This document shows positions 22,995 to 37,482 of a DNA stretch of 64,000 nt, in pieces (position 1 is the first letter of the stretch; each line of letters starts with the position of its first letter). A model generated the notes under the pieces. That model was not told where the DNA came from, did not search any database, and saw only the letters and a list, made by a program, of their open reading frames with translations. Source of the DNA: Eledone cirrhosa (Eukaryota); contig OZ024742.1 in assembly GCA_964016885.1 (NCBI GenBank), positions 271,498,001 to 271,562,000 on the forward strand, in the 5' to 3' direction. Both the position numbers and the translations under genes were made by a program.

Positions 22995-25900
22995 CTCCTT
23001 AGAGTCCTCAGTGAGTGCCTGGCAACATTCCAGATGCCAGGCACCCAGTCTCTTCTTGACGCAGGACTGCAGCTCAGTCAAAGTGACGAGCTGCGGAAAG
23101 GCCCGTTTGACAAACGGCGACCACACCTGTTCACCGTTTAGGCAGAATATCTGAAGATGCCGCAGCCTCAGCGCGTGTCTGCGCATCATTAGCCACGGCT
23201 TGCCCAGCCCTCTACGTAGAGGGTGCTGGCAGTATATGGACCGCCTCCCCAACGGAACCTGAGCCCTCCACAAGAATTTGAAGAGGAGCTGTTTTAAAAA
23301 TGGCGAGGCGCGAAGTGGGGCAAGGGACGACAGTCAAACGGTAGTTGATGACGGACGCGATGTACGCGTTCGCCACCTCCGCCCGACCTTTCAGTGATAG
23401 ATTTCTCGCAGCACATTTCTGGCTGAGACTGGCTAACCTTCCCGTCACCTCGTCTCAATTCTTATCCACCTTGAGGTCTGGCCCGAACCAAATCCAGAGC
23501 AACTTTAACTGGTCCGTCCAATCAGCGCCTGACGACGCTGTTGGACGGCATGGACATTTGCTTTTCCAGGTACCGAGTGGAGTGGCAAGCCCACCGACTT
23601 TTCCGGGTTAAGTTTGACTCCCGTCAACCTTTCATATTCCTCCAATGAGTTGCCGATCACCTCGATTTCTGAGGAGTCCGACACCATAATGTGATGTCCG
23701 CTGCATAAGCCGACACAGCCTTTCCGCGCCCCGGTTCGAGCGGGATGCCCTGTAACAGCTCCAGCTTCCACTTTAAAGGCTCGAGAGTCAATACCTACAG
23801 AAGGGAGGAGAGACGGCACCCTTGGCAGACCGATCGAGAGACCTGAAACGGTTCCGAGAGGTGGCCATTCATTTTGACCACCGAGCAGGTGCCGCTGTGC
23901 ATTGCAGCGATCCAGCTTCTGTAGAGGGGGCAGAAGGTAGCCGCCTTGAGGAAAGCCTCCAGGTACAGATGGTCGACCCTATCGAATACTTTCGATTGAT
24001 CTAAATTGATCAGAACACCACCGAAGCCAGGTTTACACCCTACACTCTCTATGATGTATCGCATCAGGTGGAGCCTGTCGTGGATGGACCTGGTTGGAAT
24101 TGCGCAAGTTTGCGCGTCCTCAACCAAATTCCAGACGACAAGCGCCAACCTCTTCGCTAACACCCGTAAACTCTGTATTGAGCAGAGTTATGGACCTGCA
24201 ATTGTCTAATGTGTCCCTCTTCTTCTCAACTATCCTTATCAGCGTCACTACAGCTTACAGAACTATGAATACTCCTTTTCTGCTGCCAGTTACAGTAGGG
24301 CGCTTCGAAGAGATTGGAGAAAAAGTCTGGCATATTTACGTAAAGATCGTAGGGCAGACCATCGAAACCGGATGATTCCGCCTCAAGCAGCCGACAGGAG
24401 CATCCTGAATTTCAGCTGAAGTAATCGGCCTATCGCAGCGCCCAGCGCCGGCCGTCGACAGTTGCGGCAAGTCATCGAGGTAAGGACTGAAGTCCGCCAC
24501 CGTCTCTGACCCGCCATTTCCCCCGAACAACCGAGCAAAATGTTGGCGAAAGGCCTCACATATCCGCTTGGAATCGCTCAGATCATGTCCATCTCGATCC
24601 GTCAAAGACCGAATCGTGGTTTTATTACCACGCTCCGCCTCTGCCACGCGAGCCAATCGAAAAGCTTTGGTTCCGTTGTCTTACAGAGCACGCACCTTAG
24701 CTCTGACAATGCAACCTTCGTGTTTCGCATTGAAGAAATGTTCTAATGCCATTCTCGCCGCTAGCACGTTAGTTGCAATGCCACTACAAATAGCTTCGTC
24801 TAACTCACCTACCAACTCCCCCTCCTTTCTATTTTTCTCTAACGTTACTTCTTTGCTAAACTCTATCGACATTATCCTAATCTCTCTTTTGAGAGGCCCC
24901 GCTATATATTGTTGACGATTCCCCATGTCAACCTTTTCTTAACTAAATTGTTGACCTGGTCCCGGTAAGCCTTACGTGCCGGAAATGACATGTTCAGCTT
25001 CCAGTAACCAGATTCTAACCTACGCGTCTTATCTAGGTCGACCATACAGATCACAATCTTGTGATCAGAATAGGCGACTGTGTTAAAACGTGGACAGATT
25101 ACGCTATTTCTGTCTATTTTCCTAATGAATATCTTGTCTATATACGATCTAGATGACCCTATGCGCTTAGACCAGGTCGACACTGGCGCATTAGGGAAAT
25201 CTAGTCGGTACCTTCAGGCAGTTGGAACTTGTTGTTCAGGTTCTTGAGGCTTTTGCATCCCCAGCTCCTATCTGATACTCCCAAACAGTCTTAGCGTGCA
25301 TGTGAGATGCCGTTCAAGCCCCGCTAATAGTAAAGGGCGAGACATAATCAGAAAGGCTTCCAGGCGTCTAAAGAAGTCCGGCCGTCCTGCCCCAGTAGGG
25401 GCATAGACGGCCACCAGTCTAAGGGCATCACCTTCGTTATTGTTCACGTCCAGGACCACCAACTTTCCGGCCGGTTCCCAGAAGGTCGACCTTATCTCGA
25501 GATCCAGGCCTTTCCTAAACAGCACTGCCACCACGCCTCCCATACCCGGCCTACTAATACATGCGAAGATCTGATAGTCGTGGCAAATGCGGGGCTAGTG
25601 TGCGCGTGTGGTCTCCTTGACGGCAATTACATCCATTTCTAGAGACCTGAGGTCGTTGAGCAGATGACCCTGCTTCCAGGACGATCCCAGGCCTCTAACA
25701 TTTAAACTTCCTACTCTTAATACGGCCATGTTTGCAGGTTAAAAAAAGAGAGAGGTAAGGTTTACTTACCTTCCGGGCTCTTATGATGGTCGGGTGGTTC
25801 GACCTCCATAGTTGGTGGGGTTTCTTTTGGGAACCCCTTTAAAAGTCTTGAAGTGGGTTTTACGTTCGGGGTTCCCACGACCCGAGGAAGGCTTTCTCGT

Positions 25901-26090
25901 ATCTCTTTGTATAAATCGAGCGACATTCGCACAAGAAACAAATCTTCTAGCATGCGAAATGTGCTCGATTTAAAAATTTCCCCCTCTTTTTGTATATCTT
26001 CACTTCGTGCTACAAGGGCCATCAGTTCCTTGTAGGCCCTCCTGACGAGCACGAAGTTTTATATGTTTTGTTGTGATTTTATTTGTTTGT
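22995..26090 (-). mobile_element. Tx1-like LINE fragment (ORF1 end; ORF2 3'-truncated)
   Basis: ORF2 start MAVLRVGSLNVRGL near 25729; LINLDQSKVFDRVDH; GYWKLN. Confidence 0.87.
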
Positions 26091-29000
26091 GTGGCTGTGG
26101 AGCGCAGAACAGTGCATTGTAGATGCATCTCAGCACAAACCAAAAGAGCAGCCCTAATTCCACAAGCAGATGTTGAAGTTGCGCTGAGATGCATCAGATG
26201 TGACACCGAATACATAGCGAGGGGCAGAGAGTACGCACAATTTAGGTGCTGTTTAAGGCAGAAGCCGTCCCTATGAAACACGCTATGACTCCTTGTAAAA
26301 CCAGCAAGGTCATAATGTACCCCTCCCACCAGGACTTGACATGTGGTGGCTTCTGGGATGTGTGATTGTGGAGGGAACGGATACCGCCCCGATAGAAGTG
26401 ACAAGAACTGCCAGAGAGGACTGGTCCGGGGTTGACCTGGAGATACTTCTCCAGATCAGGCCCGAGAATGTGAAGACAATCCCGGACCACATCCGCCTTC
26501 AGAATGGGTTGGTCATTCATATTCTGACCGAGGGAAAAGGCCGCATTGTTTTGTTTGTGGGGAAAAAAACCCATTTGCGAACCTTCTGTCCTCAACTGCT
26601 GAAAAATGCAAGGGGTCGAAGGGCTCCACTGCTGCCGACGCGGGACGAGGACCACAACCAACACCAGCACTGTTAAGACCAACAGCGACAACACTATAGA
26701 GTGACCAACCCCAACGTTGAACACCCAGAGGGGAAAAGAGGATAGTTGTCAACCCCCCTCCCGCAAAAAAATACACACACCAATAAAAACATAAACACAC
26801 ACACAGACACATTGATAGAGACAGACTCCTCATCTACCAGTAGTGAAGATGAGGGAAAACAAAAATCCCCGAAACACGAAGGTTGCATTGTCAGAGCTAA
26901 GGCGCGTGTTCTGAGAAACGAGCGAACCAAAGCTGTTTGATGGGCCCGCGTGGCAGAAGCGCAGCGTGGTAGTAAAACCACGATTCGGTCTTTAACGGAC
27001 CGAGAGGGACACGAGCTGAGCGATTACAAGCGGATGTGTGAGGCCTTTCGCCAACATTTTGCTCGGTTGTTCGGGGGAAGTCGCGGGTGAGATATGGTGG
27101 CGGACTTCAATCCCTACCTCGATGGCTTGCCTCAAATATCGGCGGCTGACGCTGGGCGCTGCGAAAGGCCGATTTCTTCAGCCGAGATTCAGGATGCCCT
27201 TGTCGGCTGCATGAGGCGCAAGTCACCCGGTTTGGATGGTCTGCTCTACGAGCTTTACGTAAATATTCCAGACTTGTTCTCCAATCTCCTCGAAGCGCTC
27301 TACTGCAACTGGCAGCAAAACAGGAGTATTCCCAGTTATGTGAGCCGGAGCGTAGTGACGCTGATAAGGTAAGACGAGAACAAGAAGGACACATTAGACA
27401 ATTTCAGGCCCATAACTCTGCTCCACACAGAGTTTAAGATTTTCTCCAGGGTGTTAGCGAAGAGGTTGGCGCTTGTCGTCGGGGATTTGGTTGGGGAGGC
27501 GCAAACTTGCGCAATCCCAACCAGGTCCATACACGACAAGTTCCACCTAATTGATACATCATAGAGAGGGTAGGATGTAAACCTGGCTTCGGTCGGGCTC
27601 TGATCAATTTAGATCAATCGAAAGCATTCGATAGGGTCGACTATTGGTACCTGGAGGCTGTCCTCAGGGCGGCTGGCTTCGGCCCCGTCTTCAGAGATGG
27701 ATCGCTGCAATGCACCACGGCACCTGCTTAATGGTCAAAATGAATGGCCCCGTCTCGGACCGTTTCAGGTTTCCCGATCGGTTGGTCAAGGGGGCCCTCT
27801 CTCCTCCCTTCTGTACGTATTGACTCTCGAGCCTTTAAAGTGGAAGCTGGATCTGTTGCAGGGCATCCCGCTCGAACCGGAACGCGGAAAGGCTGTGTCG
27901 GCTTATGCGGACGACATCACCGTGATGGTGTCGGACACCTCAGAAATCGCGGTGGTGGCAACTTATTGGAGGAATATGAAAGGTTGACGGGAGAAAAACT
28001 TAACTCGGAAAAGTCGGTGGGCTTGCAACTCGGCACCTGGAGAGGCATGTCCATGCCGTCCAACAGCGTCGTTAGGCGCTGGACGGAAAGACCGGTAAAG
28101 TTGCTCGGGGTTTGGTTTGGGCCAGACCTCCAGGTGGATAAGAATTGGGACGAGGTGACGGCAGGGTAGCTAGTCTCACCCAGAAATGGGCTAGGATGAA
28201 GCTATCACTGAAAGGTCGGGTGGAGGTGGCGAACGCGTATACTGCGTCAGTCATCTACTACCGTCTGACCGTCGTCCCTTGCTTCGTTCGCGCTTGCCCA
28301 TCTTGGAGCGGCTCCTCTTCAAATTGTTGTGGAGGGGTCAGATTCCACTGGTGAGGCGGTCCATCTGCTGTCAGCACCCTCTACGTGGAGGGCTGGGCGT
28401 GCCGTTGCTAATGATGCGCAGGCTCGCGCTGAGGCTGCGGCATCTCCAGATATTCTGCCTAAACGATGAACAGGTGTGGTCGCCGTTTGTCAGACGAGCC
28501 TTTCCGCAGCTCGTTTCTTTGACTGAGCTGCAGTCCTGCTTCAAGAAGAGACCGAGACAAGGTGACTGGCATCTGGAATGTTGCCAGGCACTCACTGCCC
28601 TCTACCAGTCGGGCAATGCGGTCAGTGGATCTTGCACTCTCGAGATCTATAGAGCATCAGTGGTGGGTAAGTGCGACGACGCTCTAGGAGAGGCTCTGGG
28701 AGTCAACCAAGTCGAACTAACCAGTCTATACTGGAGGACTTTCGAGCCGGGGACGATGGATAATTACCAAAAATCACTCGCTTGGCAGTGCTACCGGGGG
28801 GCACTGCCGGTTCGAGCTAAACTCTACAGGCACGGAAGTGCTGTCAGACGGTCCTGTCTGAGATGCGCGCAGAGCGACGAAATCGTTTTGCACGCACTCC
28901 TCCAGTGTCCGTGCATTACTGACTTGTAGGATTTATGTTGAACAGCTGTTGTCGCGTGTAGAACGGATCCGGCCATCGGCCGAGTCCATAGTGAAGATCG

Positions 29001-29543
29001 ACCCGCCGCCTTCTTTTGTCCAGGAAGGGCAGGCAATTTTCCTCTGTCTGGTGGCAGTAGCGAAATAGGTTGTATGGTGGATGAGGTTGAAAGGACTGAA
29101 GACAGACACTTTTCTCTTCGGCCAATCCCTCATCATCTTTTTCAAGTTTCACTTGGAAAGGAAGGTGAGTGTGGAGAGAGAAGTGCTGTCCCCCCTTACT
29201 TTTGCTGAAAGGTAGGTGAATGTGGCGAGATTGGCTCGTGTGAGTGAGCCTACTCTTGTCATGCGGCTGTAGGTAGGTAAATTTGAGGAGTAGAGGGGTG
29301 CTCTTCCAGGGTGCTCTCGAAGCGTCGGGTCGTTCAGGATTGGTGGGGTACCAGAGCGAACCCTGTGTGGTCATCCCCCTATTGGGGATTTTTTCTTGTA
29401 ATTTTATTGTTACTTTGTTATTGTTATTCATATTGTTTACTCGATTTTTCTGTAAAACCCCACGGTCTCAGTTTTTTGTATTGTCCCCTATATTTCGGCC
29501 CTTGTGGCCAATAATTGAAATAATAATAATTATTATTATTATT
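26090..29543 (+). mobile_element. Tx1-like LINE with internal deletion (ORF1 part joined to mid-ORF2 at ~26872), (ATT)n tail
   Basis: ORF1 zinc knuckle (CFVCGEK..HLRTFC); KSPGLDGL, SAYADDIT, CLRCAQSDEIVLHALLQC; tail at 29520-29543. Confidence 0.87.
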
Positions 29544-29599
29544 CGTCTTCTTTTTGTGGTACGAAACAAAATCGTACAGAATAATGTTGCATAGGCAAT

Positions 29600-29666
29600 A
29601 TGTAGTAGCAACAGCAGCAGAAGTAGTAGTAGTAGTAATAGTAGTAGTAGTAGTAGTAGCAGCATC

Positions 29667-29719
<53 letters not shown>

Positions 29720-29772
29720 CAGCATCAGTAGTAGTAGTAGTAGCAGTAGTAGTAGTAGTAATAGTAGTAGTA
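29600..29772. repeat. (GTA)n/(GCA)n trinucleotide microsatellite
   Basis: Visible directly in the sequence. Confidence 0.95.
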
Positions 29773-30113
29773 GTTTTTTGTTGTGGTATTGTTTTGTAGT
29801 TTTTAGCTGAAGCAGGAATAATAGTAGATTCATCTTCCAATTCTGTATTTACTATTTTACTTTTCTTCTGCTACTTGTATTGTTTTGATTCACATGTCCT
29901 TTCAAATATGTAGACACCAGCAACTAGACTCTATACAACCTTTGGTATTAAAAACCTTTGGTATTAAATATATGTTTCTATCTCAATTAACTATAAATAA
30001 ATGTTGAATATTTGTTTCTTCAGTTGAACACACATAGACACAAACATAGAAATAATATAACCCTATCTCAACAGCCAATGAAGCAGGTAATAAATAATTA
30101 TTTACAAATGAAA

Positions 30114-31109
30114 TCTATATATATAAATCTGAGGATGTCTGTATGTGTGTGTGTGAGTTTGAATCCCTAAAACTCAAGAAACACCCAACCGACTGTTTTG
30201 AAACTTTATACATGTAATACTTATGTTTCAGGGAGTGCTCTGAGCAAAAACAATTTCAAATTTCCAATGCCCTAGGGACGGCATTAGGCGATTTAGCGAT
30301 CTCTCTCTATAATTCTTAATCTTTCACTTTTTAGATAGATACATACATATAACGTCGCGCCCTTATAATATCTGTCTGTATGTCTGGTGTCTGCATCACA
30401 CTCGGCGCGTCAATGTATGGCTGTTAAACGGATCGCGAACGCATTCTGATTCATTCTAATGGCTACTAGCAGAAGCAAACGTAACACCCTCCAAATGTCA
30501 GAGAACGCAGGCAAAGTCACTATTAAGGGCTACAGGTTAACGCTCACATGGCCCTTTTTAATGCCACCACTTGAAATTGTTGATGGTTACCTCTCCTTAC
30601 TGAGGTGTCAGTAAACGGCTTACAAGGCCCTTTTAAGGGCCCTTGAAATAACCTATGGCGACCCTTTCGTTTAGGGCTGCCACTTATACACGCACACACT
30701 TCGGAGCCAATTTTATTGCACCATTCCTCTTAAAATGTGTTAAATTGTACCCACAGTTTGGTAAACGTTTGTCCAGTTGCGTTTAGTTACTAAGGTGCGG
30801 TGGACTCCTTCGAGAAGGCTCCACATGCTGTCCGATTGCACGTCATGCCATGCTCAAGCATTGCAGACTTCCCTCTGACATAATTGGTGATATCTGTCCT
30901 GCTGACTCATGCCACATTATTAAAGTACAAATGCACCAAGCCGATTTTCTCCACGTGGAAGGAGAACCATAATTAATACTAATTGCATCAGAGCATTCGG
31001 TTTATTTTCTTTGTATATTGTCCAGGCATGCAGTTTTTCCACGATTAGGTATGTTGGTGGCCCGATTACAAAATACCTTATCCCGTGCAACGCCGGGTAC
31101 CACTACTAG
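30114..31109 (+). mobile_element. Non-autonomous Helitron
   Basis: Starts A|TCTATATATATAAA; ends with hairpin cccgtgcaacgccggg followed by CTAG|T; AT insertion site without TSD. Confidence 0.8.
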
Positions 31110-31880
31110 TTATAAATACAATTTGAAATTATTTTTTCTCATATTATGAATATTATAGTTTCACTAGTGTAAGAATTTAAAACTTCAATTACGCAAACAT
31201 AAAATTTATGTTGCAACGTCTTTCTTGAGAAGGAATACAGATTTCACATCCTCCACAAGTTGCATTTATGGAGTTATTTTCCATCATGGAATCCAGTTGC
31301 CAAAAACTTTAGCTCTACGTGTAAAATGTAAAAGTGACCAAATCTGTGTGGAATTCTTTCACAAATATTTTATAGGGTATATGCGCATGCATTATTTTAG
31401 TCACACACCCCAACATTATCCGCATCCCAGCAACAAAAGCCCTGCATATGTCTGCTTCTCTAACCACTCCTTTCAACGGACTTGAGGTCTACCTGTGAAA
31501 TTCAATTTACTGGGAATACTGGTTTTTGATTTGTAGACTACCTAGATTTCGTTGCTCTCTTGTGTTTAGTTCATCCTTCCTCGGGTCAGTTAGCTGAATC
31601 ACCATAATCCCATCTGCTCATAGAATTGGAATGAAAAAGTGTTATATATAAGCCAAGACAAATAAAAAAATATGCCTCCGATTAAAACATTCGAGTAATA
31701 CGGGGCATCGTTCTGAAATGGATTTGAAAGTTAGAATTGGAAATAAGGCGGAACTAGCAACAATTCATCCACAAACTACTGGGCAATTTATTTGTCTTCC
31801 ACGAATCATGCATCTACCTACCGATACCAAGTTAGCCATAATATTGTAAGAGAGAGAGAGCAACAGAGAGAGAGCGAAAG

Positions 31881-32054
<174 letters not shown>

Positions 32055-33467
32055 AAAAGAGAGAGAGATCATTGAATCACTGATACCAAGTATATTCAAA
32101 ACATGCTGGAAGTAAATTTTACTCAGCACATTTTACTAGCCGGGCCTAAAATGCATAATACGTTGCAACATTCCCAACATATGAACCCCGAGGCTGCTAC
32201 CCACAAGCTACAACATAACAGTTGCATTCTTTTATAAAGGTGGGCTTCGTATATATGTGGCCCAACAAGGACTTTCATAGCTAATATTCTTATCAAAGAG
32301 ATGGCTATTTGACAAGAATTCCTGCCTAATTACTTCTACATATGGATTAGTATTTGCGAGATTATGCCATCTCGCCGATTCGCGCACATGCGGTGGATGT
32401 TGTTTTGACTGTGTGGTTGAGTACATACACATCTTAAATGAATGAAAACATTCTCAAACATGCCCCATACGGTAAAAAAGGCAACTAGATGAAGATCACA
32501 GACACAGAATGGTGGCATTTAGCGAATCAAATAGCAAACCTTATTAGAAAATCCAAAGCCACCATCAAAACATGCAAGAAAAAAGACGAATGAAACTGCT
32601 TATTCTAGCCAATTACGTTTCACACCGTACACCATATAACTGAATCTCACTTCTTTCTTCTGAGATGGCATCCGTCTTTCTGTTCGCTATCTAATGCCGC
32701 CAATAGAACACTCATAAACATAGCATGCTATTGAATTGCAGATGCAATTTAAACCTACCTCAACATCCCAAAATATAACAATTCAATTGATACAAAATGT
32801 TGACGTAAAGCCTGGCATGTTCTGTTTTTGGTTTGTTTTTATAGAATAGTATTTTCACCTTAAATATTGGATTTCCAATGTCTTAATATGACATGATAAG
32901 CTATGAAATTATGTGGTTATTTCTCCTCGCAGCCACATCATTTTAAACTCCAGCAATGACATTATTTGTTTGAGTATATCCATTCTAAAATATATACACT
33001 TATGTTTTCTTCGTTTTATTTTCATCAGTTAAATTTTAAGACATAGAGTTCAATACTGGATTCTATCATTCGTAAATGATTTAGAATGAATGAATTCAAG
33101 CATCAGTAACATTCACCTCCCTCCCATTGGTCAGATTTAGTTTCACCATTCCAATAAAAAAGTCTATTGAATTTATCAGGTCAATTTTCCTGGAATCAGA
33201 TCGGTTGGTTAGGGTCGGTTTTGCAACCAACAATAATAGCTGTATATACACTGTATATAAGGGTGCTTTGGATCTGTGACCTCATTAATAGTGGCAGTAG
33301 TCTTAATATGCTACTACCACAACACACTACACCTTAGTTTTTCAGCGATTGTATTGGAGCTGTTAGTGAAATTTCCACATATATAAACAGACATGGGTTC
33401 ATTCAGAAATGATAATAATAGACTGTTAAAATTATAATCTGTATTGTCATTATATATATATATATAT

Positions 33468-33512
<45 letters not shown>

Positions 33513-33557
33513 TAAAAAAACCGAAAAATCAGTGATGCATCGGGACTTAATTTATTG

Positions 33558-33648
33558 CGTGTTACAATTGTTTCGCCGGCAGGTAGCTCGAGACATGGTC
33601 CTTGTATAGATATGGCTGATTCTATTTCTGCAGGTTCTTTCAGACACG
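33558..33648 (-). ncRNA. Type-I hammerhead ribozyme (family G; 1-nt insertion in core)
   Basis: Minus strand CGTGT-CTGAAAGA-acctgcag...ctgccggc-GAAA-CAATTG-TA-ACACG. Confidence 0.68.
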
Positions 33649-33869
33649 GGTGTTTCGTCTGGAGTAAATTTTATCACTGGCGTGTTATCATCAAACACAC
33701 CCTAAACACCCTACTTGCACACTTGTCATGCCATTGATTATTTTACCCCACGTCATCACAATTTCTGGTCAGTATTTACTGTCACACGGGTCATCAGCCA
33801 TTTTCCGTCCGACCCATTTCGATGGAGTCATGCTGGGTTCAGTATTTCACACGTCTGTTCACACTTCAG

Positions 33870-34315
33870 AGTAAACACCCACACATACTAATATACACAC
33901 ACATAAACACACACATGCAGACACATACATATTTATGCATAAACACACGTACGCCTACATGCGCAGACACACACATACGCACATACATATATAAATGTAT
34001 ATATATATACACACACACTCTCTCCCTCACTTCCACGGACCCAGTCACACCCACTTGTAGATACATATCGCTACAAGCCTTATGACGGCTGCTTAATTCG
34101 CGCCATGTATTCGGTGGCATAAGCATGACCTACTCACACATACACATATATACATACATACGCGCGCACACATACATACAAATACATAGATATACACACA
34201 CATGTGTATACACATATATACATACACGCATATATATATATATATATACGCACACATGCCCACACATACATACAAATACACATACGCAACACAAACATTA
34301 CATACACTCGTACAT

Positions 34316-34348
<33 letters not shown>

Positions 34349-34646
34349 CAAAAAAAACGACAACTTAACATGCATACGTGCGGCCACATATATACATACG
34401 CATATACCTACGCATATGCCGACATATATACATCTACATATGCATACGCCCACGTGCCTCCACATGCATACACCTTCACATATGCATATTTGCCTACACA
34501 CACATGTGCTTCCACATATACATATATAAACAAAACTGTAAATTAAAAGTTACTAATATATTATGCAATACAAAAAACACAATATACCATAAAATAACAG
34601 TAAATTACCGTACCATAAAATATACACTATAATATAATATACACTA

Positions 34647-34733
<87 letters not shown>

Positions 34734-35300
34734 AACACACATATAAACATATTCATACGTACATATACTGATATATACGGATATATATAAAGGATATGTG
34801 ATAAAGTAATACAACAACAATAATAGTAATAATAAAAGGCATATATACTCCATATATAATCATCCGCACACATTCCCATGAGATGCACATAAGCACATAC
34901 ATGCATGCACAAAAACACATGCACACATATAGAGGCCCACATATGCATGCAGCCGCACCCCCCCACACACACATATATATACACATATATATACACACTT
35001 ACACACCCACACACACACCTACTCATACGTGGCTATACGTACATACGCACACCTATATAGACATAGATACATATATATATTCATATATACACACACATAT
35101 ATATATATACACAGGGACACCCACATTCCGCCACATATGTACATACATGCACATGTCTGCACATACACACGCATATAGGCTCATGCACACACGCACCCAT
35201 GCCCATATACACCCCTGCACCCACCCACGTATATATATATATACACGTCTACACACACACACACGTACATATACCCATGCACAGGTCCACACATAAAAAA
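33870..35300. repeat. Degenerate (CA/TA)n low-complexity tract
   Basis: Visible directly in the sequence. Confidence 0.9.
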
Positions 35301-35817
35301 ACACACGAATATAAACACAATATGATAATAAAATAAAATAAATTAATTAATTTACAATATATTAGGGTACATTAAAATCTGTATGTAACTGCATAAATAG
35401 GTACGAGAAAAAATATATACCTAGGGAGTGTAACTTGGAGTTACTGCAGGTTCACCCGGGTGAGCACTCGATGTTTAGGTTCACTTCTGTGAACTCTGCA
35501 GAGTGTAATATATTGAAAGGATAACAAGGACGATTGGTTACTCCTTCATTACATATATTGGTAGGTGAAGCGCGTTTTGCCACTGATCAGTTCAAGGTTC
35601 GATCTGCATCGATCTTACCCGACTCAATATTCGGCAGCTCGACGGACTCTTTAAAATGGTATAAGAAAATGAATACATGGCTAGAAAAAAGCCACCAGCC
35701 GTAAGCAACTACCACATCTCTTCCAACCTGACCGCGAGTACGTCACGATTCATAGCTATTTTGAATGAATTCTTGGCGCGATCACTTTGGAAAATGTTAG
35801 TGTCTAGATCAGAGCAA

Positions 35818-35904
35818 ACTTCCTGATGAATCCGGTGCTCGAGTTACATAGTTATTACATAATTATTGGAAATCTCAAAATGCGGACGAAACCATGGTAG
35901 AGGT
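35818..35904 (+). ncRNA. Type-I hammerhead ribozyme (family D)
   Basis: ACTTC-CTGATGA-atccg...cggac-GAAA-CCATGG-TA-GAGGT; lies in a diverged copy (~35650-36240) of the 660-bp unit at 38805-40105. Confidence 0.8.
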
Positions 35905-36814
35905 ATTTAAATGTATTCTATTTTCTCCTAGTTTATTTTACACCTAATTCTGTTTAATTGACTGTATCTGGGCTATTTCGCGGTCGAAATATTCGATAAA
36001 TATTCCGTTGCGGCCGACGCGAAGGGCTAGTTTCGGTTATTTGTTGGAGATTTCTTCATAGAAGCCTCATTCTTATAGCCTGGTCTATTCGATTTTTTAT
36101 ATAGTTAATTATGCTAATTGGGAGAGGAAATGGTATATATTTTATCTTGTGATTTTATAGACATGTTTTATGATATATAGCTCTGATTATTTAATTTATT
36201 AAATTTTCATTGAGCCCCAATGTGACCCGTTGCAAAACACGTATATGTATATATATGTATATATATATATGTAAACTTTTATATATATATATATAAAGAA
36301 TTAGTATATCTACCAACATATATATACAGATGTATACCTATGCAAGCAAATATATAGGTTCTGTCTTAGTAACGTTGTGGTTCAATGCAAGGGGATAAAG
36401 AACAATTATATGAAAAACGTAAAATAAGAAAATTATAGTGATTAGCTTACTTACTTAAATTTCACTCCAACTAATTAGTTTCCGAAAGGGAATATACATC
36501 TGTATATATATGTTGGTAGATAAACTAATTCTTTATAATTATCTCCAAATTATTTTGTTGAGCAAACATTTGCGAAAATTACTACTATAGTTCATAGTAA
36601 CAGCTTGGCTACTGTCTTTTTAACACCCCACTCCTCATTGATTAACCTCGATGTCACGTGATTGATTGTTTTGAATTTGCCACCGAAGAAGAAGGCAGTG
36701 ATTTTTTCAGTGTCTTGGAATTTAATCCCCGCTTGCTCTTTTCCATCCACTGAATTATTAATTTTGTATAAGTTCCCCGTATCCGCGCATCGCTATGTAT
36801 CTTAGCTGAGAATG

Positions 36815-36897
36815 ACTCCCTGATGAAGAAAAGGTTTCTCCATGCTCTCCATTTGGAGACTATGCATATTCCCTTTCAGAAACTAATTAGTTGGAGT
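36815..36897 (+). ncRNA. Type-I hammerhead ribozyme (family F)
   Basis: ACTCC-CTGATGA-agaaaagg...ccctttca-GAAA-CTAATTAG-TT-GGAGT. Confidence 0.78.
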
Positions 36898-36947
36898 GAA
36901 ATTTAAGTAAGTAAGCTAATTACTATAATTTTCTTATTTTACCTTTT

Positions 36948-37013
<66 letters not shown>

Positions 37014-37285
37014 TTCAAGAGTAACCAATCTTAAAGAGAGAGATGGAGATAGGAGAGGAGATAGGAGATGAGAGATTGGTGAATTAGTTAGAAGCCAAAG
37101 CGTAAAGTCATGTGCTCAATGTGCAATATGCAGTGGAAAGCAGCTAGGTGGCTGGGTTCATTCAGAGGTTATGTTCTCAGAGCTGGAAATATCCATTAGT
37201 TAAGCAAATCAAGACCGTAAATTTGACCAGGAAGACATTATTAAAAGATTGTGAACATATTTTTGTTTGGTGTAAGGAATGAATA

Positions 37286-37472
37286 TAATAATAATAGTTG
37301 TTTCTACTTTAGACACAAGGCCAGCAATTACCCAGTACATTACTGGTACTTTATTTTATCGACCCCGTAAGTATGAAAGGCAAAGTTAACCTCGGCGGGA
37401 TTTGAACTCAGACTGTAAAGGTACGAAACTTTGCTAGAAAGCATGGCGTCCAACCCTCTACCGATACTGCCA
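37286..37472 (-). mobile_element. tRNA-derived SINE with Deu/Nin-like core and (ATT)n tail
   Basis: A box TGGCAGTATCGG, B box GAGTTCAAATCC, core gcctttcat..cggggtcgataaaataaagtaccag. Confidence 0.82.
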
Positions 37473-37482
37473 TAATAATAAT

